A stretch of DNA of 64,000 bases from Clostridia bacterium (GTDB lineage Bacteria > Bacillota > Clostridia > Oscillospirales > CAG-272): positions 3,858-67,857 of the forward strand of contig JAGASP010000068.1 in the NCBI GenBank assembly GCA_017621695.1. Direction: 5' to 3'. Both the position numbers and the translations under genes were made by a program. The notes below the pieces were generated by a model. That model searched no databases, was not told the origin of the DNA, and saw only the letters and a program-made list of their open reading frames with translations. The first letter of the stretch is position 1, and the number at the start of each line of letters is the position of its first letter. Of this stretch, positions 18,002 to 26,282 are shown in pieces.

Positions 18002-18997
18002 GTGGAAAAATGCAAGGTGAAAAAAGTATTATTTTTGTTGATAATATGTTTTCTTTGGATGCTAGGGCTTTTTCTCCCCTCCTGCACCCCCCGCGAAACC
18101 GTCCTCATCTACACCAGCGCCGAGGACTACCGCGTGGAGCATATGCGGCAATGCCTGAACGAGCAGTTTCCCCAGTATAATATCGTGATCGAGTATATGC
18201 CCACGGGAAATCACGCGGCCAAGCTTCTGGCAGAAGGGAAGAGCACCGCTTGCGATATTACATATGACTTGGAATATACCTACCTTTCCAGACTGGAGTC
18301 CGAAGGGCTTTTGGCGGATCTTTCCTCTTATGACTACTCGGTCTTCTGCGAGGACGTTTGCAAGAGCAACTGCTATATGCCGGATTATCGCAACGGCGGC
18401 GCCATCATCATCAATCCCGCCGTCCTGGAAAAGCATGGTCTGGACAAGCCTACCTGCTACGACGACCTGCTGGATCCCAAGTACCGCGATCTGATCTCCA
18501 TGCCCAACCCCAATTCCTCGGGCACAGGGTATATGTTCCTGTTGGCTATGGTCAACCGGCGTGGCGAGGATGAGGCCTTCGCTTACTTTGACAAGCTTTC
18601 CGAGAACGTGTTGCAGTTCACCTCCTCGGGCTCGGGTCCCGTGAACGCCTTGATCCAGGGTGAGGTCGCCATCGGTCTCGGCATCACGGGCACCGCCGTG
18701 AACGCCATCAACAACGGCGCTGAGCTGGAGATCATCTTTTTTGAAGAAGGCTCCCCTTATGCCTTGTACGGCCAGTCCATCATTAAGGGAAAAGAAACCA
18801 GACCCGCCGTCAAGGAGGTTTTTGACTATCTCTACAGCACCTACGGCTACCTCAACTGCGAGCTTTTCTACCCGGAGGCCATCTACGAGGGCAAGAGCTT
18901 TTCGGTGCCCAACTATCCCGAGAATATTTCCTATTGCGACATGAGCGGGGATACTGCCGCTACCAAGGAGCGTCTGCTGGCAAAGTGGACGCACTGA
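18002..18997 (+). CDS. ABC transporter solute-binding (lipo)protein, PotD/Fe3+/2-AEP-like family 1
   Basis: The ORF is open from 17906. AGGAGG at 17991-17996 plus 5 nt favours GTG 18002. That start gives VEKCKVKKVLFLLIICFLWMLGLFLPSC, which is signal/lipobox-like. Motifs include VLIYTSAEDY and PNPNSSGTGYMFL. Confidence 0.75.
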   Translation: MEKCKVKKVLFLLIICFLWMLGLFLPSCTPRETVLIYTSAEDYRVEHMRQCLNEQFPQYNIVIEYMPTGNHAAKLLAEGKSTACDITYDLEYTYLSRLESEGLLADLSSYDYSVFCEDVCKSNCYMPDYRNGGAIIINPAVLEKHGLDKPTCYDDLLDPKYRDLISMPNPNSSGTGYMFLLAMVNRRGEDEAFAYFDKLSENVLQFTSSGSGPVNALIQGEVAIGLGITGTAVNAINNGAELEIIFFEEGSPYALYGQSIIKGKETRPAVKEVFDYLYSTYGYLNCELFYPEAIYEGKSFSVPNYPENISYCDMSGDTAATKERLLAKWTH

Positions 18998-19107
18998 CCG
19001 TCGCTCTTCACGACTCCTTCATGTAAGAAAGGGATGATTATGAAAAGTCTTTGTGGACAACCTCAGGCCAAGCCCGACACGCTGCTCCGTGCAGGGGGGG
19101 AGGATCT

Positions 19108-20694
19108 GTGAAAAACATACAGTCTAAAGAAAACGCAAGGCTGTGGATCATTCCCGCCTTTCTCGGCTTGATCTTTGCCGCCTCTATCCTGGCTCCCCTT
19201 GCCTGTATGTTCTTCAACATAGACGGCGCGAGCTTGAACAAGGTGTTTTCCAAAGGCGAGTTGCCGACGGTCATAGGCAACTCGCTTCTGTCGGCTACCC
19301 TCACCACCCTGGTTTCTTTGACCCTTGCATATCTGCTCGCGCTGTGCACCGAGCGGAGTGCCATGCCCAGCAAGGGCTTATTTCGTGTGCTGATCACCCT
19401 GCCGATGCTGATCCCTTCGGTGTCCATTGGCATGGGGACGGTGCTTCTTGGCGGCAATAACGGCTTGCTGATCAATCTTTTGGGGATGGACAGTACCCAC
19501 GTGTACGGCCTTGTCGGTATCGTTTGGGGCTCGGTCATGTATGCCTTGCCTGTGGCCTATCTCATGATCTCCAATATTCTCAAATATGAGGACTGCTCCC
19601 CCTACGAGGCCGCACGGGTTTTGGGAATCAGCAAGTACCGTCAGTTTGCCGCCATCACCCTGCCGTATCTTAGGAAGCCTATGATCGCTGCGGCCTTTTC
19701 GGTGTTTACTCTGTCGTTTACCGATTACGGTGTCCCTCTGATGGTGGGTGGAAAATTCAAGACTTTACCTATGGTCATGTATCAGGAGGTCATCGGTCAG
19801 TTGGATTTCGGGCAGGGAAGCGTGTACGGTGTGATCCTTCTGACCCCTGCCGTCATTGCCTTTCTCTTGGATCTGCTCAACAAGAACCGTGCCAACGGGT
19901 CTTTTGTGATCCGTCCCTTTGAGCCGCCAAAGCAGACTTTACGCGACGGTGCCGCTTTTGTTACAACCCTGTTTTTGACGATCTTGTCATTGTTGCCCAT
20001 CCTGTCCTTTGCGGTGCTGGCCTTTGTCAGAAAATACCCCGCGGATCTGTCCCTGACCTTTGACCACGTGTTCAAGACGTTGCAAATGGGCGGCGGGAAG
20101 TATCTTGTGAATTCGGTCATCATCTCCCTTTGCGTGTCGGTGATCGGTGTGATCCTCTGTGTGCTGTGTGCCTATTTTTCGGCTCGCGCCGTAAGCGCAA
20201 TGTCCCGCTTTCTGCATCTGGTGGCCATGGCCACCGCGGCCATCCCCGGCGTGGTGCTGGGACTTTCCTACGTTCTGTTTTATAAGAGTACACCGCTCTA
20301 CGGAAGTCTTGCCCTTTTGGTGATCGTCAACACCGTGCATTTTTTTGCGTCACCCTACCTCATGATCTACACCTCTTTTTCAAAGATCAATGAAAATCTG
20401 GAAGCCGTAGCATCCACCTTGGGCATCGGCAAGCTTCGTCTCCTCAAAGATGTCCTGTTGCCAACCTGCAGACAGACCGTAGCGGAGATGCTGTCTTTTT
20501 TCTTTGTCAACTGCATGATGACGATATCGGCGGTGTCCTTTTTGGCCAATACCTCCAACAAGCCCATAGCCCTCATGATCAATCAGTTTGAGGCGCAGGC
20601 GCAAATGGAGGCCGCAGCCGTGGTGTCTCTTTTGATTTTGACGGTCAATATCGCTGTCAAGGTAGTGACATCCTGCATCAAGTCCGAGAGATAG
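19108..20694 (+). CDS. ABC transporter permease, fused two-domain type (FbpB/ThiP-like)
   Basis: The ORF is open from 19051. GGAGG plus GTG 19108 gives VKNIQSKENARLW. There are about 12 TM helices. Two EAA-type loops are present (SPYEAARVLGISKYRQFAAITLPYL; NLEAVASTLGIGKLRLLKDVLLPT). No ATPase gene follows. Confidence 0.8.
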   Translation: MKNIQSKENARLWIIPAFLGLIFAASILAPLACMFFNIDGASLNKVFSKGELPTVIGNSLLSATLTTLVSLTLAYLLALCTERSAMPSKGLFRVLITLPMLIPSVSIGMGTVLLGGNNGLLINLLGMDSTHVYGLVGIVWGSVMYALPVAYLMISNILKYEDCSPYEAARVLGISKYRQFAAITLPYLRKPMIAAAFSVFTLSFTDYGVPLMVGGKFKTLPMVMYQEVIGQLDFGQGSVYGVILLTPAVIAFLLDLLNKNRANGSFVIRPFEPPKQTLRDGAAFVTTLFLTILSLLPILSFAVLAFVRKYPADLSLTFDHVFKTLQMGGGKYLVNSVIISLCVSVIGVILCVLCAYFSARAVSAMSRFLHLVAMATAAIPGVVLGLSYVLFYKSTPLYGSLALLVIVNTVHFFASPYLMIYTSFSKINENLEAVASTLGIGKLRLLKDVLLPTCRQTVAEMLSFFFVNCMMTISAVSFLANTSNKPIALMINQFEAQAQMEAAAVVSLLILTVNIAVKVVTSCIKSER

Positions 20695-20780
20695 AAGAGC
20701 TGGCGGATAATTTTTACACGTGGAGAACCGACGGTAGCCGTTTTTTCGCGGGTGTCCTGCCTTGCAGGGGGATCGTATGG

Positions 20781-20812
20781 CAAAAAGAAAACCCCCGAGG
20801 TATCCTCGGAGG
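20781..20812 (-). terminator. Intrinsic terminator of the XRE/small-protein operon
   Basis: Minus strand reads CCTCCGAGG-ATA-CCTCGGGGG followed by TTTTCTTTTT. It lies about 80 nt downstream of the 79-aa gene stop. Confidence 0.6.
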
Positions 20813-20893
20813 AAAGCAAGGCCGTTTGTGTTGGCGTAATCCTTTCATTTTATATAATTTTCCTTCCCGCTTTTTTGAATTTCGTGAAGGAGA

Positions 20894-21133
20894 TCAACCC
20901 TCCATGAAATCCTCGACAACGTCCCCAAGATGGATCGGGGACAAGTCTAAATCATTACACCTCTGAACCAAGTTTTCAAGCCTTGATCTGTCAGAGGTGA
21001 TATCGTGAACCGCGGATATAACGGTGACGGTACCGTCCGTATCGGCGTCTGCAAAGATCGCGATGCCGTAGGAGATACGCAAGTGACCGTTCCAAGCGTA
21101 GCGCTCTTCAACGAGCCCATAGGTGATATTCAT
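20894..21133 (-). CDS. Small hypothetical protein (DUF6514-like by recollection)
   Basis: 79 aa with an ATGA overlap with the upstream XRE gene. No signal peptide. The pattern YGIAIF ... DITSD ... LENLVQRCNDLDLSPIHLGDVVEDF resembles a small clostridial family. Function unknown. Confidence 0.55.
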   Translation of the reverse strand: MNITYGLVEERYAWNGHLRISYGIAIFADADTDGTVTVISAVHDITSDRSRLENLVQRCNDLDLSPIHLGDVVEDFMEG

Positions 21134-21405
21134 GTCGCTTTCATTTCCTTTTCATATTGCTCTTTGAATTTGGCCTTTGCTGCAAAGAGAAAACGTTTCG
21201 AATCATCCTGCATATCCGGCAGGATGACGGCGGTCAGCGTTTTGCACATGGTGCAGACTGTTTCGATATCCGAATAACAGCTTTCGCTCATGGCAAGACG
21301 CCTGTCCATTTCCTTTTGGGTAAGGCCTAAGCGATCACGTGTGGTGATCGCGAGTATACGAAGCTCCTCCTTTAAAAGTTTCTCTTTTTCATGTCTCATA
21401 GTCAA
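21130..21405 (-). CDS. XRE-family helix-turn-helix transcriptional regulator
   Basis: 91 aa. HTH segment is LGLTQKEMDRRLAMSESCYSDIE. Confidence 0.75.
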   Translation of the reverse strand: MTMRHEKEKLLKEELRILAITTRDRLGLTQKEMDRRLAMSESCYSDIETVCTMCKTLTAVILPDMQDDSKRFLFAAKAKFKEQYEKEMKAT

Positions 21406-21650
21406 GCCCTATTCCAACACAAACTAAGAAAATTCAACAAATTAAGCCGACTGTTTGGAATCGGGCATACCTATGGTTCGACATGATCAGAGAAAACACA
21501 AAGCAGAGCCTGGAAATGCGACGTGAAGGAACAGACCATCCTTTAAAAATCCGGAGAACCTTTGAAATCTCAGCGGACAAGCACTGAAAAGATTTTGGAG
21601 GGAATTTCGGGGAATCTCTTAAAAGACTGTCAACGGAGGAACAGAGCAAT

Positions 21651-22244
21651 ATGCTGATGATACTCGAGCTCATCCAGACCATTGAGAATGATGACGAACG
21701 GGAAGTAGTCGAGCGGATTTTTCATCAATACTATAAATATATGATGGCCAGAGCCCAAAGCATTCTCAATAACCATCATGATGCGGAAGATGCCGTCATG
21801 GAGACGTTCTGCCGCATATCCGAGAACGTGAAGCAGTTTGTGCATCTGGAAAAAACGGAAACCGCCGCGCTTGTCAGTATTTACACGCGAAACGTTGCGA
21901 TCAACCTATACAATCGCAAAAAGAAGCAACGGGAAATATTTGATATGAGCGGAGAGATAGAGTCATGTCAGGCTTGTGGAGATCCTATGTCGGGAAATCC
22001 GCAAGCTCTTATTGTTGACGACGAAACCGTTGACATTGTGTACAACGCGCTTGACCGATTGGAGGCCAAATACAGGGATGCCATTGTACTCAAATATTAT
22101 AACCACTTGAAGAACGTGGAAATTGCCAATATATTGGGGCTGGAGGTAAATACGGTCAACAGCCATATATTCCGAGCAAAAAGCAAGCTCAGGGAGATTC
22201 TGGGGGAGGAAGGGTATGAAAGAATTACATATGGAAAAATTTGA
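21651..22244 (+). CDS. RNA polymerase sigma factor, sigma-70 family (ECF-like/clostridial group)
   Basis: 197 aa. Region 2 is DAEDAVMETFCRISENV ... IYTRNVAINLYNRKKK. The region 4 HTH is YRDAIVLKYYNHLKNVEIANILGLEVNTVNSHIFRAKSKLREIL. Confidence 0.8.
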   Translation: MLMILELIQTIENDDEREVVERIFHQYYKYMMARAQSILNNHHDAEDAVMETFCRISENVKQFVHLEKTETAALVSIYTRNVAINLYNRKKKQREIFDMSGEIESCQACGDPMSGNPQALIVDDETVDIVYNALDRLEAKYRDAIVLKYYNHLKNVEIANILGLEVNTVNSHIFRAKSKLREILGEEGYERITYGKI

Positions 22245-22917
22245 TGCTCTGCTTTCGCTGGCATCGGCCGAATGTGTCAAGGAAGAAGCCGAGGCTTTTC
22301 TGTCGGCGGATATCTCGGAGATCGGGGACAATCCCCAAATGCTCCGAAAGGTGTTAGGCGGATCCCGCAAGGGCAAGTGGCACACCGTCAAGATCATTTT
22401 GCTGGTTGCGCTGCTGTGTATGTCCATTGCGTTCACCGCCTGTATGCTTGTGCCTGAGATCAGACAGGCGATCTGGAATGTTTTGGTGCGGGGTCATGAC
22501 GACCACGTGGAGATTAACTTTGAAGAAAACAGTGAGAAGAACAGTATAACGCCTGTGGCGGAATACCCGAATACGATTGAGAAAAAGATGGAATTGACAT
22601 ATGTGCCGGAGGGGTATGCCATAAATGATGAGCGTTTATCTCCAATACAGTATTCGATTGGTTATAGCAACAGCAAGGGAGAATGGAAATTTACGATTTC
22701 GCAAAGTGTTATAGACATTATTGATTCTTTTGTCAATGAATATGAGGGAAAAATTTCAAGTATTGAAATTGATGGCTTTGATGCGATTTTGATAGAATGT
22801 AATGAAGGCAGCTTTTCTCACAAACTAATTTGGCAGGACGATCACTACCGATATATTGTTTGTGGATATTTCCCTTCCACAAATGAAATCATTAAAATTG
22901 CAGAAGGAGTTATATAA
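22216..22917 (+). CDS. Putative anti-sigma factor / DUF4367-like single-pass membrane protein
   Basis: 233 aa with a 29-nt overlap with the sigma gene. One TM helix (VKIILLVALLCMSIAFTACMLV). The extracytoplasmic C-domain is of the type commonly paired with such sigma factors. The 3' half is AT-rich. Confidence 0.6.
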   Translation: MKELHMEKFDALLSLASAECVKEEAEAFLSADISEIGDNPQMLRKVLGGSRKGKWHTVKIILLVALLCMSIAFTACMLVPEIRQAIWNVLVRGHDDHVEINFEENSEKNSITPVAEYPNTIEKKMELTYVPEGYAINDERLSPIQYSIGYSNSKGEWKFTISQSVIDIIDSFVNEYEGKISSIEIDGFDAILIECNEGSFSHKLIWQDDHYRYIVCGYFPSTNEIIKIAEGVI

Positions 22918-22943
22918 AAACAAAATCCGACTTGATATGATGT

Positions 22944-23369
22944 TTATTGCGAGCATGTGCGATATTTAGTTTTGGAAATGGTTTCATCGACATTATTTCT
23001 TGTAACGGTAAAAAAGTAATCAGCCCGATAATAAGCACGATTAAAAGCGTTAAAGCGGCAACTTACCAATGTGCTTATTCCATAATAGGTATCATGTTCT
23101 TCGCCTACAAGAACCCACGAATCTCCGACTTGTCTGTATACATATATGTCTACGACAATTTTATTAACACCTGGTTCTCCGATTACATTTGCTTCGGCAT
23201 ATCCGTATCCGTCATCAAGAAACGATAGTGCTAATGTTATAGCCGCCGTATTTTGCCAATTCGGTTCCACATCCGGCTTCACCACCGCTGCCTGAATCGG
23301 CACAGCCATGCAGAGGAGGAGCGTCAAAACGGCCATAGCTACCGCTAACATCTTAAAACGTACTTTCAT
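22944..23369 (-). CDS. Secreted hypothetical protein
   Basis: 141 aa with signal peptide MKVRFKMLAVAMAVLTLLLCMAVPIQA. No recognised domain. AT-rich and convergent with the anti-sigma gene. Confidence 0.6.
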   Translation of the reverse strand: MKVRFKMLAVAMAVLTLLLCMAVPIQAAVVKPDVEPNWQNTAAITLALSFLDDGYGYAEANVIGEPGVNKIVVDIYVYRQVGDSWVLVGEEHDTYYGISTLVSCRFNAFNRAYYRADYFFTVTRNNVDETISKTKYRTCSQ

Positions 23370-23508
23370 TCTTTTTTACCTCTTTTCTTAAATATACCGC
23401 GCGGCAGATCGCCTGCTTTGCACGGTTCATACATACTAACAAACGAATCCCCAAAAAATTGCAGAAAAACAGAAAAATTTTTTCTTTTTTGAAAATGATA
23501 ACAGAAAA

Positions 23509-23552
23509 GGGCTGCTCAAATGCGTCTGGTCATTTGAGCAGCCCTGCTTTTA
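23509..23552 (-). terminator. Strong hairpin, possible (bidirectional) terminator/insulator
   Basis: GGGCTGCTCAAATG - 8 nt - CATTTGAGCAGCCC forms a 14-bp perfect stem. It is followed by TTTTCTGTT on the minus strand and TGCTTTTATT on the plus strand. Confidence 0.45.
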
Positions 23553-23605
23553 TTCCATACTTGCGGTGACTGTGCCGATTTTTTGCGTTGCTTTATGGGT
23601 GAGAT

Positions 23606-23658
23606 AAAAAAACCTTACTAACCCGCCTACTATAAAAAGTAGGTTCAAATTAGTAAGG
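23606..23658 (-). terminator. Intrinsic terminator immediately 3' of tRNA-Gln
   Basis: Minus strand reads CCTTACTAA..CCTACT-TTTTAT-AGTAGG..TTAGTAAGG followed by TTTTTTT. It starts 3 nt after the tRNA CCA end. Confidence 0.55.
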
Positions 23659-23660
23659 TC

Positions 23661-23735
23661 TGGCTGGGATGGCCGGATTTGAACCGACGGATGCGGGAGT
23701 CAAAGTCCCGTGCCTTACCGCTTGGCGACATCCCA
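23661..23735 (-). tRNA. tRNA-Gln (anticodon UUG)
   Basis: Minus strand: TGGGATGTCGCCAAGCGGTAAGGCACGGGACTTTGACTCCCGCATCCGTCGGTTCAAATCCGGCCATCCCAGCCA. Acceptor stem is TGGGATG/CATCCCA. Anticodon stem is CGGGA/TCCCG with loop CTTTGAC. T-loop is GGTTCAAATCC. The CCA is encoded. Confidence 0.92.
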
Positions 23736-23752
23736 ATATGATGTACCGTAGT

Positions 23753-23781
23753 ATTGTACCACAAAATCATTTCTTTGTCAA
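23753..23781 (-). promoter_or_regulatory. Sigma-A promoter of tRNA-Gln
   Basis: Minus strand reads TTGACA - 17 nt - TACAAT with a TGn extension (TGGTACAAT). The -10 element ends 17 nt upstream of the tRNA 5' end. Confidence 0.6.
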
Positions 23782-23864
23782 GTCCTGTTTTGAGAAAAGC
23801 CTGCATTTTGAAAACAAAAAGTGTAGGGAACCTCTAAACTGCCGCGCGGTGTGGCCGAGGGGGC

Positions 23865-23893
23865 TTGACAATTTTCGGAGAATGCGGTATAAT
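23865..23893 (+). promoter_or_regulatory. Sigma-A promoter of the marR-ABC exporter operon
   Basis: TTGACA (23865-23870) - 17 nt - TATAAT (23888-23893), located 60 nt upstream of the marR ATG. Confidence 0.6.
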
Positions 23894-23903
23894 GATTAAC
23901 ATC

Positions 23904-23914
23904 TTAACGGTTAA
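23904..23914. promoter_or_regulatory. Palindrome TTAAC-G-GTTAA, candidate MarR operator
   Basis: Perfect 5+1+5 palindrome, 11 nt downstream of the -10 box. An extra TTAAC half-site lies at 23896-23900. The position fits autorepression by the adjacent MarR. Confidence 0.35.
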
Positions 23915-23953
23915 CCTCTTGACTTTCAACTATTTAACAGGAAGGGTGTTTAC

Positions 23954-24421
23954 ATGAAGAAAAACTGTCAGCATTGCTCAACTCCCGAGGGCATGGCCAT
24001 GCATCTCTTCATCCGCGTGTCGCATATGCATCATGCGGCTATTGAAGGGCGTGTCATGAAGCTGGGATTTCACCACAGCCAGCATCGTATGCTCATGCAC
24101 TTGGCGAAATATGAGCACATCCCGTCGCAAAAGGAATTGGCGGACGCCATGGGTATCACCCCTGCCGCCGTGACGACGACCCTCAAGCGCCTGGAAAGGG
24201 AAGGGTACATCACCCGTACCGTCACCGACGAGGACAATCGCCGCAATGAGATCCGCATCACCGACGCGGGACTCAAGGCCATCAACGAAAGCCGTGTCCT
24301 GTTTGACTCGGTAGATCGCCAAATGTTCAAAGGCATTTCCGAGGACGAGCTCAAGGCGTTTACGGCCACCTTGGAACGGATGAGAGATAACCTTGGCGAA
24401 GAAATTTCTCGCGAAGCATGA
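23954..24421 (+). CDS. MarR-family transcriptional regulator
   Basis: 155 aa. Winged-helix pattern is SQHRMLMHLAKYEHIPSQKELADAMGITPAAVTTTLKRLEREGYITR ... DNRRNEIRITDAG. Confidence 0.85.
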   Translation: MKKNCQHCSTPEGMAMHLFIRVSHMHHAAIEGRVMKLGFHHSQHRMLMHLAKYEHIPSQKELADAMGITPAAVTTTLKRLEREGYITRTVTDEDNRRNEIRITDAGLKAINESRVLFDSVDRQMFKGISEDELKAFTATLERMRDNLGEEISREA

Positions 24422-24437
24422 TCGGAGGTGCAGGATT

Positions 24438-26282
24438 TTGAGTAAGGATAAAACGCAGAATCAGCTGAAGTGGCGCAAATACGTAAAGCCCTATTTGCCC
24501 TACTTTATTTTAGGCCCGCTATGCATGATCATTGAGGTCATCGGCGAGGTGCTTCTTCCCTTGATCCAAGGGTATATCATTTTCGGCGTGTACGGCGACG
24601 CCTCCAAAATGCCCGCGTGGCTTGCCAAGGTGTATGATCTTCTGGGCACGCAATCCTCCTTTATCGTAGCGCTGGCCGTCGGCATGGTGCTGACCGCTGT
24701 TCTCATGATGATCGGCGGCGTGGGCGGTGCGTATTTCGGCGCCAAGGCATCCGTCAATTTCGCGGCAGATCTTCGCGCTGATGTATACCGCAAGGTGCAG
24801 AGCTATTCCTTTGCCAACATCGACAAGTTCAACACGGGCTCCCTGGTTACCCGTCTGACCAACGACGTGACCCAACTGCAAAACTTCGTCAACACCTTGC
24901 TCCGTATGGCACTTCGCGCACCGGGTATGTTCATCGGCGCGCTCGTCATGGCCATCGCCATCAAGCCCGACCTTGCGGTGGTGCTGGCGGTCGCTCTTCC
25001 CGTCATGCTTCTCTGCATTCTGCTCTTTATGAAGCTGGGCTTCCCCCGCTTTACCGCCATGCAGGCGCGCGTGGACGGCCTCAACGCCAACGTGCAGGAA
25101 AGCATCACCAACATCCGCGTGGTCAAATCCTTTGTGCGCGAGGCGCATGAAAACCGTCGCTTCGCTGAGACCAACGCCAATCTGAAGCGCGCGGGTATGC
25201 GTGCCGTGGGCGTGGTGATCCTCATGTCTCCCCTCATGACCCTGATCATGAACTCCACCACGCTGGCGGTTTTGTACTTCGGCGGACATATGGTGCTGGA
25301 TGGCAATATGGAGATCGCACAGCTCTCTCCCTTTGTGACCTACATTACCCAGATCTTGTCGTCTCTTATGATGGTGACCATGCTGTTCATGCAGTTCTCC
25401 CGTGCCATGGCCTCTGCGGGACGCATCAAGGAGCTGATGAACGAGGAGAGTGACATCAACGATACCGCCGCGGCTCATCCCGAGCTTTGCGTGACGCGCG
25501 GCGAGATCGAATTTCGGAACGTTTCTTTCCGCTACTATAAAAACAGCGAAGGAAAGGTGCTCGATGACGTGAGCCTCAAGATTCCCGCAGGCTCGACGGT
25601 GGGTATCATTGGTTCTACGGGCTCGGGCAAGACCACCTTGGTTTCCATGATTCCCCGTTTGTACGATGCGGATGCGGGCGAGATCCTGGTGGACGGCGTC
25701 AACGTCAAGGATTACAGCCTCTACAACCTCCGTGAGGGCGTGGGTATGGTGTTGCAAAAGAACGTGCTGTTTTCGGGTACGATTCTGGACAATCTCCGCT
25801 GGGGCGATGCTACTGCCGACATGGCGGCCATTCGCCGTGCGGCGGATCATGCGCAGGCGGACGGTTTTGTGACATCGTTTAAGAATGGGTACGAGTCTGA
25901 TCTCGGTCAGGGCGGCACCAACGTATCCGGCGGCCAGAAGCAGCGCTTGTGCATTGCCAGAGCCTTGCTCAAAAAGCCGAAGATCCTCATTCTGGACGAC
26001 TCTACCTCTGCGGTGGATACCGCGACCGAGGCAAGGATCCGCGAGGCCTTCCGCACCGAGCTGGCGGATGCGACCAAGCTCATCATTGCCCAGAGAATCT
26101 CCTCGGTCAAGGATGCCGACATGATCGTCGTGGTCAACGAAGGCCGTATCACGGGTGTCGGTACACATGACAGCCTGCTTGCTTCCAACGAAGAATATAA
26201 AGAAATCTATGATTCTCAGATGTCGGGAGCAACCGCTCCTGTCGGGCAGAAAGCCCACGCCGAAAAGGAGGTGAATGCATAA
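24438..26282 (+). CDS. ABC exporter, fused permease/ATPase subunit A (multidrug-type heterodimer)
   Basis: The ORF is open from 24393. GGAGG at 24424-24428 plus 9 nt favours TTG 24438. Six-TM domain, then Walker A GSTGSGKTT, signature VSGGQKQR and Walker B ILILDDSTSAVD. Confidence 0.9.
   Translation: MSKDKTQNQLKWRKYVKPYLPYFILGPLCMIIEVIGEVLLPLIQGYIIFGVYGDASKMPAWLAKVYDLLGTQSSFIVALAVGMVLTAVLMMIGGVGGAYFGAKASVNFAADLRADVYRKVQSYSFANIDKFNTGSLVTRLTNDVTQLQNFVNTLLRMALRAPGMFIGALVMAIAIKPDLAVVLAVALPVMLLCILLFMKLGFPRFTAMQARVDGLNANVQESITNIRVVKSFVREAHENRRFAETNANLKRAGMRAVGVVILMSPLMTLIMNSTTLAVLYFGGHMVLDGNMEIAQLSPFVTYITQILSSLMMVTMLFMQFSRAMASAGRIKELMNEESDINDTAAAHPELCVTRGEIEFRNVSFRYYKNSEGKVLDDVSLKIPAGSTVGIIGSTGSGKTTLVSMIPRLYDADAGEILVDGVNVKDYSLYNLREGVGMVLQKNVLFSGTILDNLRWGDATADMAAIRRAADHAQADGFVTSFKNGYESDLGQGGTNVSGGQKQRLCIARALLKKPKILILDDSTSAVDTATEARIREAFRTELADATKLIIAQRISSVKDADMIVVVNEGRITGVGTHDSLLASNEEYKEIYDSQMSGATAPVGQKAHAEKEVNA

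Noticed and set aside
23642-23650. GGTTCAAAT next to the tRNA, identical to the tRNA T-loop sequence, as a possible att-site remnant
   Set aside because: It is only 9 nt, in inverted orientation relative to the tRNA, and part of the terminator hairpin. This is most likely coincidence.
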